A stretch of DNA of 64,000 nucleotides from contig NC_087437.1 in the NCBI RefSeq assembly GCF_036321535.1, positions 116,500,001 through 116,564,000 of the forward strand, read 5' to 3'. A model generated the notes under the pieces. The model made no database searches, was not told the DNA's origin, and was given only the letters and a program-made list of their open reading frames with translations. The DNA comes from Camelus dromedarius (lineage: Eukaryota). Below, one piece after another: positions 1-12,444 of this stretch (position 1 is its first letter; every line of letters starts with the position of its first letter). The translations under genes were made by a program, and so were the position numbers.

Positions 1-335
1 CATCACTGATTTCAAGGTCACAGGAGGAGGAAGGAGCCGACAGGAGAAGTGGACACTGAAGTTTCTCACCCTGAAACAGCTCAGAACCGAGGGAGGCATG
101 AACCCTGAACCTGAATAGGAGATTGGAGTTTGTTTAAGAATTAACTGGATTTCTGAATACCTGAAAATAAAATTGTGCGTTAACAATTACAAGTGATCAT
201 AAAAACTCTGAATGGACCTGGGATGTCATTTGAGAGGAGGGTACTTCCTCTTAGCGGGTGGGGAGGAGCAGCGATGAGAAAAGTAAGGTTTCCGCACACG
301 TTCCTGAGTCCAGCTCATTCGGTCAAATGGCCACA
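1..335 (+). mobile_element. 3' part of an ancient gypsy-like LTR (MamGypLTR-like), running off the window start
   Basis: Ends cctgagtccagctcattc...ggccaca, resembling the recalled MamGypLTR 3' terminus; family tentative. Confidence 0.4.
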
Positions 336-771
336 TACCTGAGTGCTGGCACTCTAGTAAGTGAGGAGGACTGGCTGCAAAAATCACAGTGCTAACATTT
401 AAATTTCCTTTTAAGAAAGAGTGAATCACAATCCCTCCCCTCAGGTCCTGTGAGGCGTCCTCTTTTTCCAAAGGCATCCAAGAGCTTCTAGTCCAAAGGC
501 TAAGGTTACTGCAAGTGTGCTTCAAACAAGAAGTCATTTTCCAACACTTTCCAAATTCTCAAATGGTAAATAGTGAAGGCATGGAAATACAAGGTAGATC
601 AGTGTTCACCGTCGCCACAGCAGCCCTCCAGTCTGGAGCAGCTCTTCCTGGGGAGCCTTATTTCCATCATGTGTTAGTAAAGAACGTGGCTTTAGGGAAG
701 CCAAGAGTAAGACATGAAGAAACCTCCCAGATATACTTACCACACACAGAGGTGACAAAAATTACACTACA

Positions 772-1061
772 CGCGGACATAGAAAACAAACTACAATTAC
801 CAAAGGGGAAAGGGCAGGGGAGGGATAAACTAGGAGTTTGGGATTAACAGATAACACATTACTATGTGTAAAACAGATAAACAACAAGGGCCTACTGTAT
901 AGCACAGGGAACTCTATTCGATGTCTTGTAATAACGTATAATGGAAAAGAATCTGAAAAGAAAAAATGTATATGTATGTATATTTATAACTGAATTGCTT
1001 TGCTGTCCACCCGAAACTAACACTGTAAATCAACTACATTTCAATAAAAAAAATTAACTTT
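772..1061 (+). mobile_element. 5'-truncated LINE-1 3' UTR (cetartiodactyl/camelid type)
   Basis: Diagnostic gacatagaaaacaaact...gggataaactaggagtttgggattaacag...aactacatttcaataaaaa; TSD aaaaattacact at 757-768 and 1062-1073. Confidence 0.92.
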
Positions 1062-1680
1062 AAAAATTACACTGCAAAATGGGGGGGGGGGGGAGGGAAT
1101 GATTCCAATGAATAAACCAAAAACATTAAGGCACATTTAATAGAAACAAAGTCGTAATGGTGATATTTGTAAACAGTTAACCATCAACACAGAGGAAGGT
1201 GGAAAAGGTGCAAGGTCCTTTATCATGATGGAGAGAAACACAGAAAATAATGCCAAAATTATGGACTGGATAATCAGAATGTACAGAAAATATCAGAGAG
1301 CCAAGAAAGAGAAGAGAGGTCAAGATTCAGTCTCCTCTGGGGACACAGCGCAAATAGAGTGAGTGCCACAGGGAGGAGGGGAGTGAGAAGTGCCCCGCAG
1401 TGGAGAGGAAGCCCCCCAGCGCTGACGCCCCCGCGCCTGCTGGAGAAAGTCTGGAAGGAGCCTGGTATGGAGACGCCAGCAGTAGAACAAGGAAACCCAT
1501 GTGAGTATCCACCCCCATTTTTTTTTTTCTGGTCCACAAATTCCCCAGTCTAGTAGAAGCAAAAGGTTGGAGCAGGAACACGAGTAGAGCTGCCTCCTGG
1601 TTACCGCACATGAGGGGACCTTTCTGTGTTCTAGCACGGTACTTGGTACAAAATCAATTTCCTCCCCTTGAATCTGATTT

Positions 1681-2208
1681 TGAAACAGAGCAGGGTCCCT
1701 CGTACAGATCCTTTCCATGTCCTCCATTTCTTGTTAGTAGGACATAGGCTTCCTTCAGCCTCCTTGACCTTCCCTGAGTTCCAAAGGGCAGCTTCACCAG
1801 GGAAGGAAGGGAACGCAGAGGGAGGAGCAGTCAGGAAACAACAGTGCAGCCTTGGGCAGGGTCCTGGTTCCTCCTCAAGGAACATACCTAACTGTATCTC
1901 TGAGATCTTCTGTGGGAACTAAGGCCCCCACTCATGTGGAGGATGGTAACTTCAGGCTGAGCACAAGGCTCCTGGAGCACAGCCCTGTTATCTCCCCACC
2001 AGCCAATCAGAAGAAACACACCTGGCTGCCCCCACCCCAAATTTTGCCTGTAAAAACTTTTCCCCAAAAACTGTCAGGAAGTTTGGGCTTTTTGAGCACA
2101 AGCCACCCGTTCTCCTAGTTTGGCCCTGCAATAAACCTTTCTCTGCTCCAAACTCCAACATTCTGGTTTGTTTGGCCTCATTGGCTCAGGAATTTTTGTT
2201 TGGTAACG
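1681..2208 (+). mobile_element. Solo ERV1-class LTR
   Basis: Starts TG, ends ggtaacg (CA terminus mutated), 4-bp TSD attt on both sides, AGCCAATCAG at 2001-2010, AATAAA at 2130-2135. Confidence 0.85.
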
Positions 2209-2869
2209 ATTTCATTTCAAGCACTGAGGATCACAGTGGTGCAACCCAGGCCCCAGGCAGCATTAGAATAAAGCCTGAATCCTGATCTCCAGTGCGTGGG
2301 GGGGCGAAGGTTGATGTAATGACCACCATGATTCGGGTGTTCAGACTTGGGATCTGAGGAACCAATCAAAGACTTAACCAAAAGCCCTAAGAGAAATTTA
2401 ATGTCCACCCTGAACTGTAACAAAAGACAGATAATACAACAAATAGAGCAAAAATTTGTCTATCCGGAGGTCTAAACCCAAAAACATCCAAACAACAGAA
2501 TTAGTAGTCTTAAAAGGATTTTTTTAATAATCACCTATTATTTTTAAGCGTTCCAACTTTCCATCAGGGTGGCCATTGATAATGGTGGAGCTTCCCAGCA
2601 GTGAAGTGCCCCAGCCCAGGCACCAAGGACAAGAGGCTATTTATTCCATGTTGTGAACATCACGTAGGTTTTGTGAACAAAGGGCATTTCTACTCAGCAG
2701 AAGATAATCCTGCAAAGGGTAAATCTGCACCCCCCCCCCCAAAGAAAGGATGGAGTAACAATGTAAACAAATGCTGACCCTGCAAGGTTTCTCACAGGGG
2801 CTGCCTACTGCCTGTTCTTGCTTCTGCAGATGCTCCTGGCAGCCCAGGAAGAACCCAGGATTCACCTTC

Positions 2870-3183
2870 AACAGCCTCCAGCTGCTCGCAGCCCCTCTGC
2901 CTCATCTCAGTCCCTGGAGCCAATGACAGACCACAGCGGAGGTGGGGGCTGAGAGCCTGGCCATTTCTGCCCATCACTGGACCACTCCAAAGGCAATGTC
3001 TGCTCCAGAGCTCCCAGTGGGCTGGTCAAACTGTCCAGTCTGCACCCCGGCTGAGGCCATCTCTGCCGAATCCTGCTTCATCCTCTTTTTCTCCTTCTCC
3101 GGAGCGCCCCTCCCCTTCAAGTAAACTTCACGCCTTCCTCATTCCATCCTAACATCTGCTCCCCAGGGGACCCAACTAACACC
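2870..3183 (+). mobile_element. LTR16-like (ERVL) LTR fragment
   Basis: gctccagagctcccagtgggctgg motif and 3' end catctgctccccaggggacccaactaacac resemble LTR16. Confidence 0.6.
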
Positions 3184-3564
3184 ATGCTCCTAAAACCAAC
3201 ACCAGGGAAGAGTGACTCCCCACGCCCCAACACGAAGATCAACTTTCAAGAAATTAAAATTTCATCAATTCCCACTACTCATGTTATTTGGCCACTTCAA
3301 AGGAAATGAACAAGCATCGTAAATTTTAACTCTCAGTGCATGAATGGATGATTGAAATGTTATTGTAATTATGATACAAAATAATTAGTATCGTATGTAA
3401 CATGTGACTTTTACATTTTCAGGTAAATTGAAATACTTTCATTTGATGCAAAAATAATCGTGGATACTTGAAAAAATCCTTCACTTTATTTATATCATAT
3501 CAATCAAAAGGTTTTCTCAGACTTAGACATTATAATACTGTAAAATGTGTTTAAAAGAAAAAAC

Positions 3565-4010
3565 CTGAGAGGGCACTATGCTAAGTGAAATAAATCACAT
3601 AGAGAAAGACAAATACTGTATGATTTCACTTAAATGTGGAATCTCAAAAAAGCCAAAGTCATAGGAACCCAGAGCAGCGGTGGCTGCCAGGGGCTGGAGG
3701 TGAGGGAAACGTGGAGCTGTTGGTCAAAGGGTCCAAAGGTCCAGTTATAAGACGAATACGTTCTGGGATCTAATGGACAGCATGATCACTATAGTTAGCA
3801 ACACCGTACTGTGTACTCAAAGTTCCTAAGAGAGTAGGTCTTCAATGTTCTCACCACAAAGGGGAAAAAAAAGAATTTTGTGCAGGGATGGAGATACTAA
3901 CTAGCTCTATTAATCACTTTGCAACATACATGTAGCAAATCACCACGCAGTGCACCTTAAACTTGGCACAAAGTTAAATACCAATTATATCTAAATAAAG
4001 CTGCGGAAAA
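3565..4010 (+). mobile_element. L1MA-type LINE-1 3' end
   Basis: atgctaagtgaaataa...gacaaatactgtatgatttcactt...ttctgggatctaatg...aattatatctaaataaagctg. Confidence 0.85.
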
Positions 4011-4227
4011 TGACAAAAATACAAAAACAACTTGTGTCACTTTCTCTTATTCACAGCCACACTTCTTCATCAGGCATGCCTTATGTCACCGAAGGTGTTT
4101 TGCTTTGTCTTTATTGATTACTAATCCATTTTATTTGAACCGTGCTAAGATCAAAATCACTTTGCAAAAATGACTGTAAACCTGAGAAAGCAGAAGCACC
4201 AGAGCCCTGCCTTACTTTGTGTTTTCT

Positions 4228-4383
4228 TTAAATTGAAGTATAGTTGATCTACAGTATTGCGTTAGTTTCAAGTGTCCAGCAAAGTAATTCAGTTACATAT
4301 GTATATTCAGATTCTTTTTCATTATAAGTTATTACGAGATATTGAATATAGTTCCCTGTGCTATAAAGTAAATCCTTGGTGTT
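4228..4383 (-). mobile_element. Short L1 3' UTR tail
   Basis: aattgaagtatagttgat...tattgaatatagttccctgtgctata, the reverse complement of the family at 772-1061. Confidence 0.88.
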
Positions 4384-5409
4384 TCTTTAATTTCACTTTT
4401 AAGGAATAAAGTAACAGGTCTTTTTAAGTCCTATTATTGAATATACGTGAATTTTCCATTCCTAAAGACGAAGGAGTAAGAGCAGCAGCATATTGTTTAA
4501 ATTATTCAGAAGATAAAAATATCTTCCCTCTTTGGGTCTGTTTTCTTTCTTGATGCCTTTGTTCACAGCTAATATTGCCTATTTTATGTATAATTCTTCC
4601 AGGACAGCTTTCCCTGAAGGTCAAATTGGAAACTCACCCATCATCTCTAGTCTCACCTGCAGGCTTCAGACCCCTTTTGTAACGTGTCATGAAATAGGCA
4701 AATTTACGTAACCTTTTTTTCAAATAATCATGGTAGTAAGAGTTTGAATTGCGGGCTTTTTCAAGCAACATTAAATCATGAAAATTTGACTTACTTTTGA
4801 CTGTTACCTTAGGCGCACACTTTTCAGTTCTGATGATAAAACTCAAACATAAAGACACTTTAAACTTGGATTTGAAAACAAAGGATACAAGAATCACATG
4901 GTTAGGGTTACATATTTCTGTCAGCCTCAAACTCAGTTGGCGTAATAATACCACTATCGTAAAATGTTATGGGGCTAATTTGGAGTCCATATAAATTGGT
5001 GTCATTGTTTATTTTTGGATATTGATAACAGCAGCATATTAGCGGTTAAGGTATAATGCAAATGAACGTACTTTCCAGAAACTCCACAAAGAGCCACTAG
5101 AAAATTAATAGCCGTGCTTCGGTTCAATTTGTTTACTTTTTAAAAGTGCATTTTCAGAAGTACCATGTACTCTCGATTAAGCAAAACACAACCAGGATTT
5201 TAATTTAACCCTGGGATTCGATCTTTAAAATTAAAAGAAAAAAAAATTCTCTGCTATTTACAGTCCCTGCTTTGGGATAAATCCCAACATCTGGATACCA
5301 GAATCAGAGCCACAAAATCCAGGGAGACACGTGTGCAATTTTATGCCTGCAAACCCACTGCTTTTTAGGGTAAAACGACAAGGGAGGTGCTTTCTTCCTC
5401 ACTTCTTAC

Positions 5410-5665
5410 TTCACGAAAACTTGAGGGGTGTTTTCCAAATGTACCTGGAGTAAGAAACCATATTGTATAACCAGGCCGGCGTCTGCACCTACACATATGT
5501 AACTAACACGGAAGATTTCCGAAAGAATGCTTTTCCTCCCCATATGCCTCACGCCTTGATAGTTTCCACTCTCCCGTTCCATCCCATTGCCTTTTGTTAA
5601 GACTGGCCCTGACCCACTTCCTCCCACAACTGGCTCGTGACCTGTAGTTTGAGAACCAGGGCTCA
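5410..5665. mobile_element. Degraded hAT/Charlie-like MER fragment
   Basis: Minus strand reads ggttctcaaactacaggtcacga, like Charlie-group termini; family unresolved. Confidence 0.35.
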
Positions 5666-5959
5666 GAGCCTCGCTGTAGAAGGCTGGTCCCCGGAAGTGC
5701 AGCACCTCAAGGCCCCCCGGGGGCCCCAGGTGACGCCCGTGCACAGTCAGGTCTGAGAAGCCTGATTCAGATATCAAGCTGCAGAATGAACTGGACTGAG
5801 ACCAAGAACGTGCCTCGAAACAAGCTTTGTTCAAAGCAGCCCTGTCTTGCCACTGACTTCATGAGGCCACGCGTTTTCCAGCGGGATAGTTAGGTGCAAA
5901 TGAAAACTCATTTTCAGTTTCATCAACTGCATCCAGGGGGGTTTGCATCGCCAGCACCT

Positions 5960-6135
5960 GGGATCCCTGGGCCTCCGGGGCCGGAGCGCTTGGGGTGCTG
6001 GGTTTCCTTCAATAGATCTGTGAGCATACAAATGTGTGTGTGTGCATGTGAGTGTGTGCCTGCACACTTATTTTCGGGGGGAAATCTGTGACATTCACCA
6101 AATTTTTAAAGAGTTCTAAGATTCAAAAAAGTTAA
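5960..6135. mobile_element. hAT-Charlie-type MER fragment interrupted near its end by L1
   Basis: cattcaccaaatttttaaagagttctaagattcaaaaaagttaa continues as aaaagttaagacacactg after the L1, matching a Charlie-type terminus. Confidence 0.45.
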
Positions 6136-6704
6136 CATGAGCTAACAAGCTATGAAAAGACATAGAGGAAGCTTGAATGCATACCAGTAAAGTGAAAAAA
6201 AGCCAACTGAAAAAGGCTTGATGCTGTACGATTCCAACTATAGGACATTCTGGAAACCACAAAACTATGGAGACAGTAGAAAGATCAGTGGTTTCCAGGG
6301 GCAGGGTGGGGGCGGGGGGAGAGGAGGAATGGGTGAGCAGAGCACAGAGGATTTTTAGGGCACTGAAACTACTCTTCATGGTACTTAATGGTAGAAACAT
6401 GTTATTGCACTGTTTTCCAAGTCCACAGAATGGACAAGATTCTATGTTCACATCAGCGTTCCCACCACCAAGAGGGACCTGATGTAAGCTGTGGACTCTG
6501 GGTAATGATGATGAGTCAGTGCAGGTTTACCAACTGTTGACAAATGGACCGCAAGAGTGGGAGAGACTGACAGTGGGAGGGGCTGTGGGCGTGTGCGGCG
6601 AGAGGGCATATGGGAAACCTCTGTACTTTTGCACAATTTTGCTGTGCAACTAAAACCGTTCTAAAAAATAAAAACTTTAATTATATATACAAAACTATAT
6701 ACAG
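6136..6704 (+). mobile_element. L1MC1-like LINE-1 3' end
   Basis: gacattctggaaa...aaaactatggagacagta...atatgggaaacctctgtact...caattttgctgtg; TSD aaaagttaa at 6127-6135 and 6705-6713. Confidence 0.88.
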
Positions 6705-6889
6705 AAAAGTTAAGACACACTGCCCTTGAGAACACATTCTCTAGTCTGCAAATTGGCTGTGTGGTTATAACCACACCTACAAAGAGGAAGAATGAAGGGT
6801 AAAAAGTTGGCAAACACTGAACTGGGCCATTATGTCCCAGAACAGAACAAAGGCCCTGTGTGGCTCTTGCTTCCTTGGGGCCCCTGCTT

Positions 6890-7010
6890 ATTTAATTCAA
6901 GCAGCACCTGTATGTTAAGCATCTCCCAGGCATGAGGTACCATAAGAGACACAAAGCTGAGTATGTGATCACCGGAAGTAATGTATAATCTAGCAAGCAG
7001 ATAAAACAGG
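6890..7010 (-). mobile_element. L2 3' fragment
   Basis: Degenerate similarity to the L2 3' end (attcaa...ccaggca...aatctag). Confidence 0.45.
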
Positions 7011-7599
7011 CACTGACAAATGACAAGGACCCAATGTCAAGACTGGGAGGACAGAAAAATAAAAGCAAGGGGCCAGCAGAGCATGGAGGAGGAGAGTCAG
7101 TTCCCTGGCGAGTGGGCACCCAGAGGAAGGGTAGAAACACTGAGACAGGGACCCCCGCTGTCTCCAACCATGATCTCATCCGGTTGGTCTGCCCCACGTT
7201 GATTGGTGTGCCCAGGCTAGTTGTTGAACATTTTGCTTATCTACCCTCCAGGGGGAACGAGCAGAAAACACTGCTGCCAAGTTAGGATGGGTTCATTCTG
7301 CACAGAACGCAGAACTCCCCATGCAAGGGGATCTGCACTGCTGTGCGCTTTCTGTGGACACTGAACGACTTTCTTGGTGGCTTTTAAAATAAATATATTT
7401 TATTTTATTTCTGTTAAACAAGAGATACAGAACACCAGGAAATACACAAAAGAGCAAGAAAAATAGGAATGTTCTAAGTTTAAAAGCTAGGGAAAGACAG
7501 CAAAGAAAAATATCAATAGGTGCAAGCAGATAAAAACATTTATCTTCTGAGGGTAAAATTTAACAGGCAGAATAAACATCAAAACCAATCAGGGATAAA

Positions 7600-7608
7600 A
7601 AAATTGTG

Positions 7609-7641
<33 letters not shown>

Positions 7642-8090
7642 GGAATACTACTCAGTCATAAAAAAGAATGAAATAAATGCCATTTGCAGCAACATGGATA
7701 GACCTAGAGATTGTTATTCTAAGTAAAGTTAAATCAGAAAGAAAAATAAAAATATCATATGTTATCATTTATACGTGGAATCTAAAAAAATGATACAAAT
7801 GAACTTATTTATGAAACAGAAACAGACTCACAGACATAGAAAACAAACTCATAGTTATAAGGGGGAAGCAGGTGGGAAGGGATAAATTGGGAATTTGGGA
7901 TTGCAGATACACACTACTATATAAAATAAACAACCAGACCCTACGGTACAGCACAGGGTACTATATTTAATATCTTGTAATAACCTATAATGAAAAAGAA
8001 TATACATATATAACTGAATTCACTATGCTGTACACCAGAAACTAACACAACATTGTAAACTGACTATACTTCAATAAATTAAAAATATAT
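7600..8090 (+). mobile_element. 5'-truncated L1 (ORF2 end plus 3' UTR) with internal (AC)n at 7611-7639
   Basis: caatggaatactactcagtcataaaaaagaatgaaataa...catttgcagcaacatggatagacctagag...gactatacttcaataaa. Confidence 0.92.
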
Positions 8091-8264
8091 ATACCTCTTA
8101 AATGAAAAAAAAATATGACATCGCTCAGGGTTAATATCATTAAAATAAAATGTATACAAGATTTTGAGCACTAAACCTTCTAAATCCTAAGTGGAAAGAG
8201 CTGCCTTGCACAAGCTATCTGCACTTATCTATTCTCCCTTTTGGACTGGAAGACACGCCAATAT

Positions 8265-8340
8265 GGCTTTTGTCCACTTCATGCAAATCACTCTTCCCAA
8301 GGTCACCAATGACTCCCATGTTGCCAAGGGTGGTGGTCTT
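8265..8340 (+). mobile_element. L2 fragment
   Basis: ccaaggtcaccaatgactcccatgttgccaa is a typical L2 core motif. Confidence 0.6.
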
Positions 8341-8629
8341 CCTCTCCGCGCACCTGGCACCCTCTCTGTTCCTCCACCCACCAGCTCCTCCTCTCAGCCC
8401 TCTGCAGGTCCAATCACAGAGCCCAGGAAATGTGCTGGCCTTTTGAAACCCAAGTCCAAATAATGTTCTCCAAACCCTTACACGTGTGACTAGGATATTC
8501 AGAGCTGTGCTGCAGAATCATGCAGCCTCCAGTGTAGACAGGAAAAAAAAAAAATCAGCTGCTTTGAGATTTACCATAAGGTGAGGTTAATACTTAGTAA
8601 TTATTCATCATCTAAGCAAGCGCCACAGA

Positions 8630-8760
8630 AACACCTCAGGGGTTTGTTAACATGCAGTTCTCTGAGTCCAACCCGAATCTCCTGGAGAAGCAGCTTTGGA
8701 GGAGAGCCCAGGAATCTGCATTTTGATTCGATCTCCGGGATACCTTTAGAGAACCACCTC
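8630..8760. mobile_element. MER5-like DNA transposon fragment
   Basis: gagcccaggaatctgcatttt...tttagagaaccac. Confidence 0.55.
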
Positions 8761-9959
8761 TGGAGGAAACAGCCCCAGAGGGGCTCTAGGTCAAGCACAA
8801 ACGACTCCTCACCATTCTCCAGGGACATGATCTCAACCTCCTCCAACCCCCGTTTACACCTTCTGGTAAAGCTGGTGCCCTCCCTGAATGCGAGTGTCAC
8901 TGAATCCTAACAAGGAGTTGCCAGTTTGTGGGGAGCACACCATTAGGCCCCGCTGCATGCACCCTGAGCACAATCCCCAGCAGGTGACCGAGCTCAGTCC
9001 CCAGGGACGCAGGAAGCCAGGAGGGAGGGACAGAAAGCACAGCCCTCCTCCAGCAAACCTCACCTAAGAGGCCTGCAGGCAAGACGGTCAGATGTTAGAT
9101 GGCTCCACAATTTTACCTTATCAAATATCTTGATATTTTAAAATTATCTTCTGCTTATAAAACTAATATGCATTGGTGGGAATTATAGCAAATTTGCTCA
9201 TCTGTGTTTAATTAAATGCCACCATCCTACAGAAAAATGAAAGTGCAAAAAATCAACTTGCAGCTGTAAACAGCCAGAGCCGCCAGGCTGGTGGGGATGT
9301 GCTAACCCCACTGGAATCTGATCAAAGCTGATTTATTGAGGAAAAAACAGGCAGTGTATCAAGCAGGCTTACATCATCTTCACAGCACACAGATCGGGGA
9401 GGAAAACTCTGGCCTCTGTTGAGCATATCCTCTAAAGGATAAACTTTCCACCTTCCTAGGAAGCAGAATCATTGTAAATCAGGTTTGCAAATATGTGCAA
9501 AATACTTAAAACTCAATAGGTCCTTTGTCACTCAGGTAGGAGCGCGGCAGTGAGATCCACCTTCTCCATGGGGATGGGGTAAGTCACCGCCTGCCACAGA
9601 AGCCGCCGAACTCAGTACTCGGGAAGCAGATCACGGACTTTCGCATCTGCTTCGTGTTACTTTGAAAGCACCCTGCTCATCTGCTGGGTTCTCAGGCTTC
9701 CCAGTGACCTCGTGTTTAATGCCGGCTACTTCTGAAATCTCTTTCAGACCCTTCCTTCTATGAAACACAAACAGAGTTTAAGTTTAGAATCTTTTATAGT
9801 CAGTAATATTTAGCATTACTTCCAGAGAGGCAACCACGGAACCACGTGGGAAAGAAGTCATTTCAGCAGTTCAGTTCTCGGCAAATACTGACCCTATTAT
9901 CTTTCCAGTTCTTTCCAGAATATTCCCTCTTCTTCCTTCTCCCCTTCTACTGCTATTGT

Positions 9960-10285
9960 CAAAATATGCTCATATAGAATATTACATATTAATAATATAG
10001 TGGTATATTATACAATTGCTTTAGTTTTTAATAATATAACATATTGCTGTATTATTAACATTAATAATATATTAATTATAATGTGTTTTATATATAAATG
10101 TTAATAATATATTATTGGTAACACATATTAATAGTACAAGAATATTATATAATTACTATAACATATAAATGATAGCAATATGTAATATATGGCATTATGC
10201 ATTATAATATATAATTATCATGATATTAATGACATTACAATATATGAATAATAATATGTAATGTGATAATAAGTGTTTAATAAGT
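9960..10285. repeat. AT-rich low-complexity tract (degenerate TA/TAA repeat)
   Basis: About 320 bp almost entirely A/T, with repeated taatatatta-like units. Confidence 0.85.
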
Positions 10286-10420
10286 GCTTTAAAAGCATTA
10301 ACTCTAATTTAACCCCCATGATTCTATGAGGCAGGTGCACTATTTACCCAATCTTACAGCTGAGGCAACTGATAAGAAATGGAGCCAAGCATCAAACCTA
10401 GACCATCTGGCCCCAAGACA
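10280..10420 (-). mobile_element. MIR SINE
   Basis: aagtgcttt...attaactc...ctatgaggcagg...ttacagctgaggcaactga. Confidence 0.7.
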
Positions 10421-11029
10421 CTCATAAAAATGAGCAAAAGATATAAAAGTAAAAGGGAAAAAGAACAGGATGGAGGGGATCATAATTAGAAACAAATCTG
10501 GAGTAAGGCAGTTTTTCAGTCCTTCTCCACATGTGGAAGCAACTAGAATCCAGAACAGAGAAACTGTTTACCCCGTGGTCCAGTATCTGTGACCGAACCT
10601 CATACAAAACCTTGGGGGGCAAGAGCTGGACATCAGCTAGAAGTGGACACCAGAATGGAACCGGGCTTCCTCCCCTGGAGGACAGGGGGTCACTGTCAGT
10701 GCAGTGACAAACTCCAGCCATTTCTAGCTGCAGTGGCAGGAGAGCTGGACCTGGGAGCCATCAGGCCAGCAGAGCACATTGCATGCTCCACCTAGAATAA
10801 CCAGCAAGGTGTGACACCCACAGGAGGACCCTGGGGGCCGCCAGGCTTTCTCCAGAAAGAAGTAATGCTGGCTGAGCACAGGGCTGTGAGAGGGACGAGG
10901 TAGGGTGGACGAGCTAGGGGGTGGGGGAGACCCTGGGCCATGCTGTGTCCAAAACATGTGTTTGGGAGCATGTGACCTGTGCCCTGGATTTCAGGTGCTG
11001 TGTCTTTATGGTCTCTTATTCCCACATCC

Positions 11030-11110
11030 ACATTCCCAACACCTTGTGAGTATGTGGAAGGCTTTGATAAATGTTTGATGAATGAATGAATGAATGAATG
11101 AACAAATGAG
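11030..11110 (+). mobile_element. L2 3' terminus with (TGAA)n tail
   Basis: ataaatgtttgatgaatgaatgaatgaatgaatgaacaaatga. Confidence 0.7.
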
Positions 11111-11429
11111 TCAGAGACATGTTCCTTGTTGCAAAAGGGTACAGTGGAGCCATTCACAGAGCTAAAGGCAGGTGAGCATACTCAACTTAGAAATGACTAG
11201 AGCTGCTGCCTGGACATCACCTGATCAGAGCTGGATCCCGCCCACCTTAGCAGCTAGACCAGCACTGGGCCAAGTGACCGCTAACATTAACGATTTGCTG
11301 CGGTGCAGAATAGTGTACAATTAGAAGGCATCTCCCCAAATGCAATTCTACCCTGAGCCTCCCAGTGCGATCTTCCCTTTCTCTTCTTTCAGTATCTTAA
11401 GTTCTTTATTGCTCCTTACACAATAGGAT

Positions 11430-12300
11430 AGGTAATACCATGCCATTTAAAGAATAAGAAGCAAACATTCTTGCACGTACCTGTCAGCCCACAACCGGCA
11501 ATACCAAGACCTCAGAAGCCTCCTGAGCCCCCACGAAAGCTCTCCCCTCTCCCACAAAGCAATTCCTATTCTGAATTATATACATATTGTGCCTTTGTTC
11601 TTCTTTTTGCCTCATATGTGTGTGTCGCTGAACAACATATGTTCTTTTGTTGTGCTTCCTTTTGATCTTTATATGCAGAATCATACTCTGTTTATTCTTC
11701 TGTGACTTTTTTTTTCACTCAACCTTGAGAATCATCCACATTGATGCACAGACACAGGTAGACGCTGGTAGTTTATTTTTCACTGCTGTATAGTTCTCCA
11801 TTGAGGGACTAGACCATAATTAATTTAGACATTCTCAGTGGGCATATGGGTTTCTCTAGTTTTTTGCTTGTGCATATTTCCTGGTGCCCATTTGCAGTAG
11901 GGATGGAGCTACTGGAGCCCAGGGTGGGCCCATCATTCAGTAGGCAATGCCAAATGGGTACCAAAGCACAACTGGCATTGTACCAACTTAACAGTCCCAT
12001 CAGTGTGTAGGAGAGGACCTTCTGTGCCACATCCAAACCTCCATGCTAGGTACTGCCATTATCTCTATTATTATCATTATTATTATTATTTCCCTTATCC
12101 CCTAATCACCTCTCAAAGCAACCAGCCAGCCTGCCCCACATATGTACTCATCCCCTCTGATGTGGTCATGATATGTTTCAGATGTGTACATACCCATGAA
12201 ATGTACACAATGCTGTGTGAGAAGTAATTTCCTAACAGCATGCATTTCCTGTATGTAAATAGTACTGTGCCAGACAGCTCATTCTGGTGTTTCTGGTTGT
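11430..12300 (-). mobile_element. Old L1M (L1ME-like) fragments
   Basis: ttcactcaac...gaatcatccacattgatgca...tttattttcactgctgtatagt...ttgtaccaacttaacagtcccatcagtgtgtag. Confidence 0.65.
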
Positions 12301-12304
12301 TCAC

Positions 12305-12380
12305 TTGTTTTTTTTTAACTCAAGTATAGTTGATTTACAGTGTTGTGTTAGTTTCTGGTGTACAGCATAGTGATTCAGTT

Positions 12381-12444
<64 letters not shown>

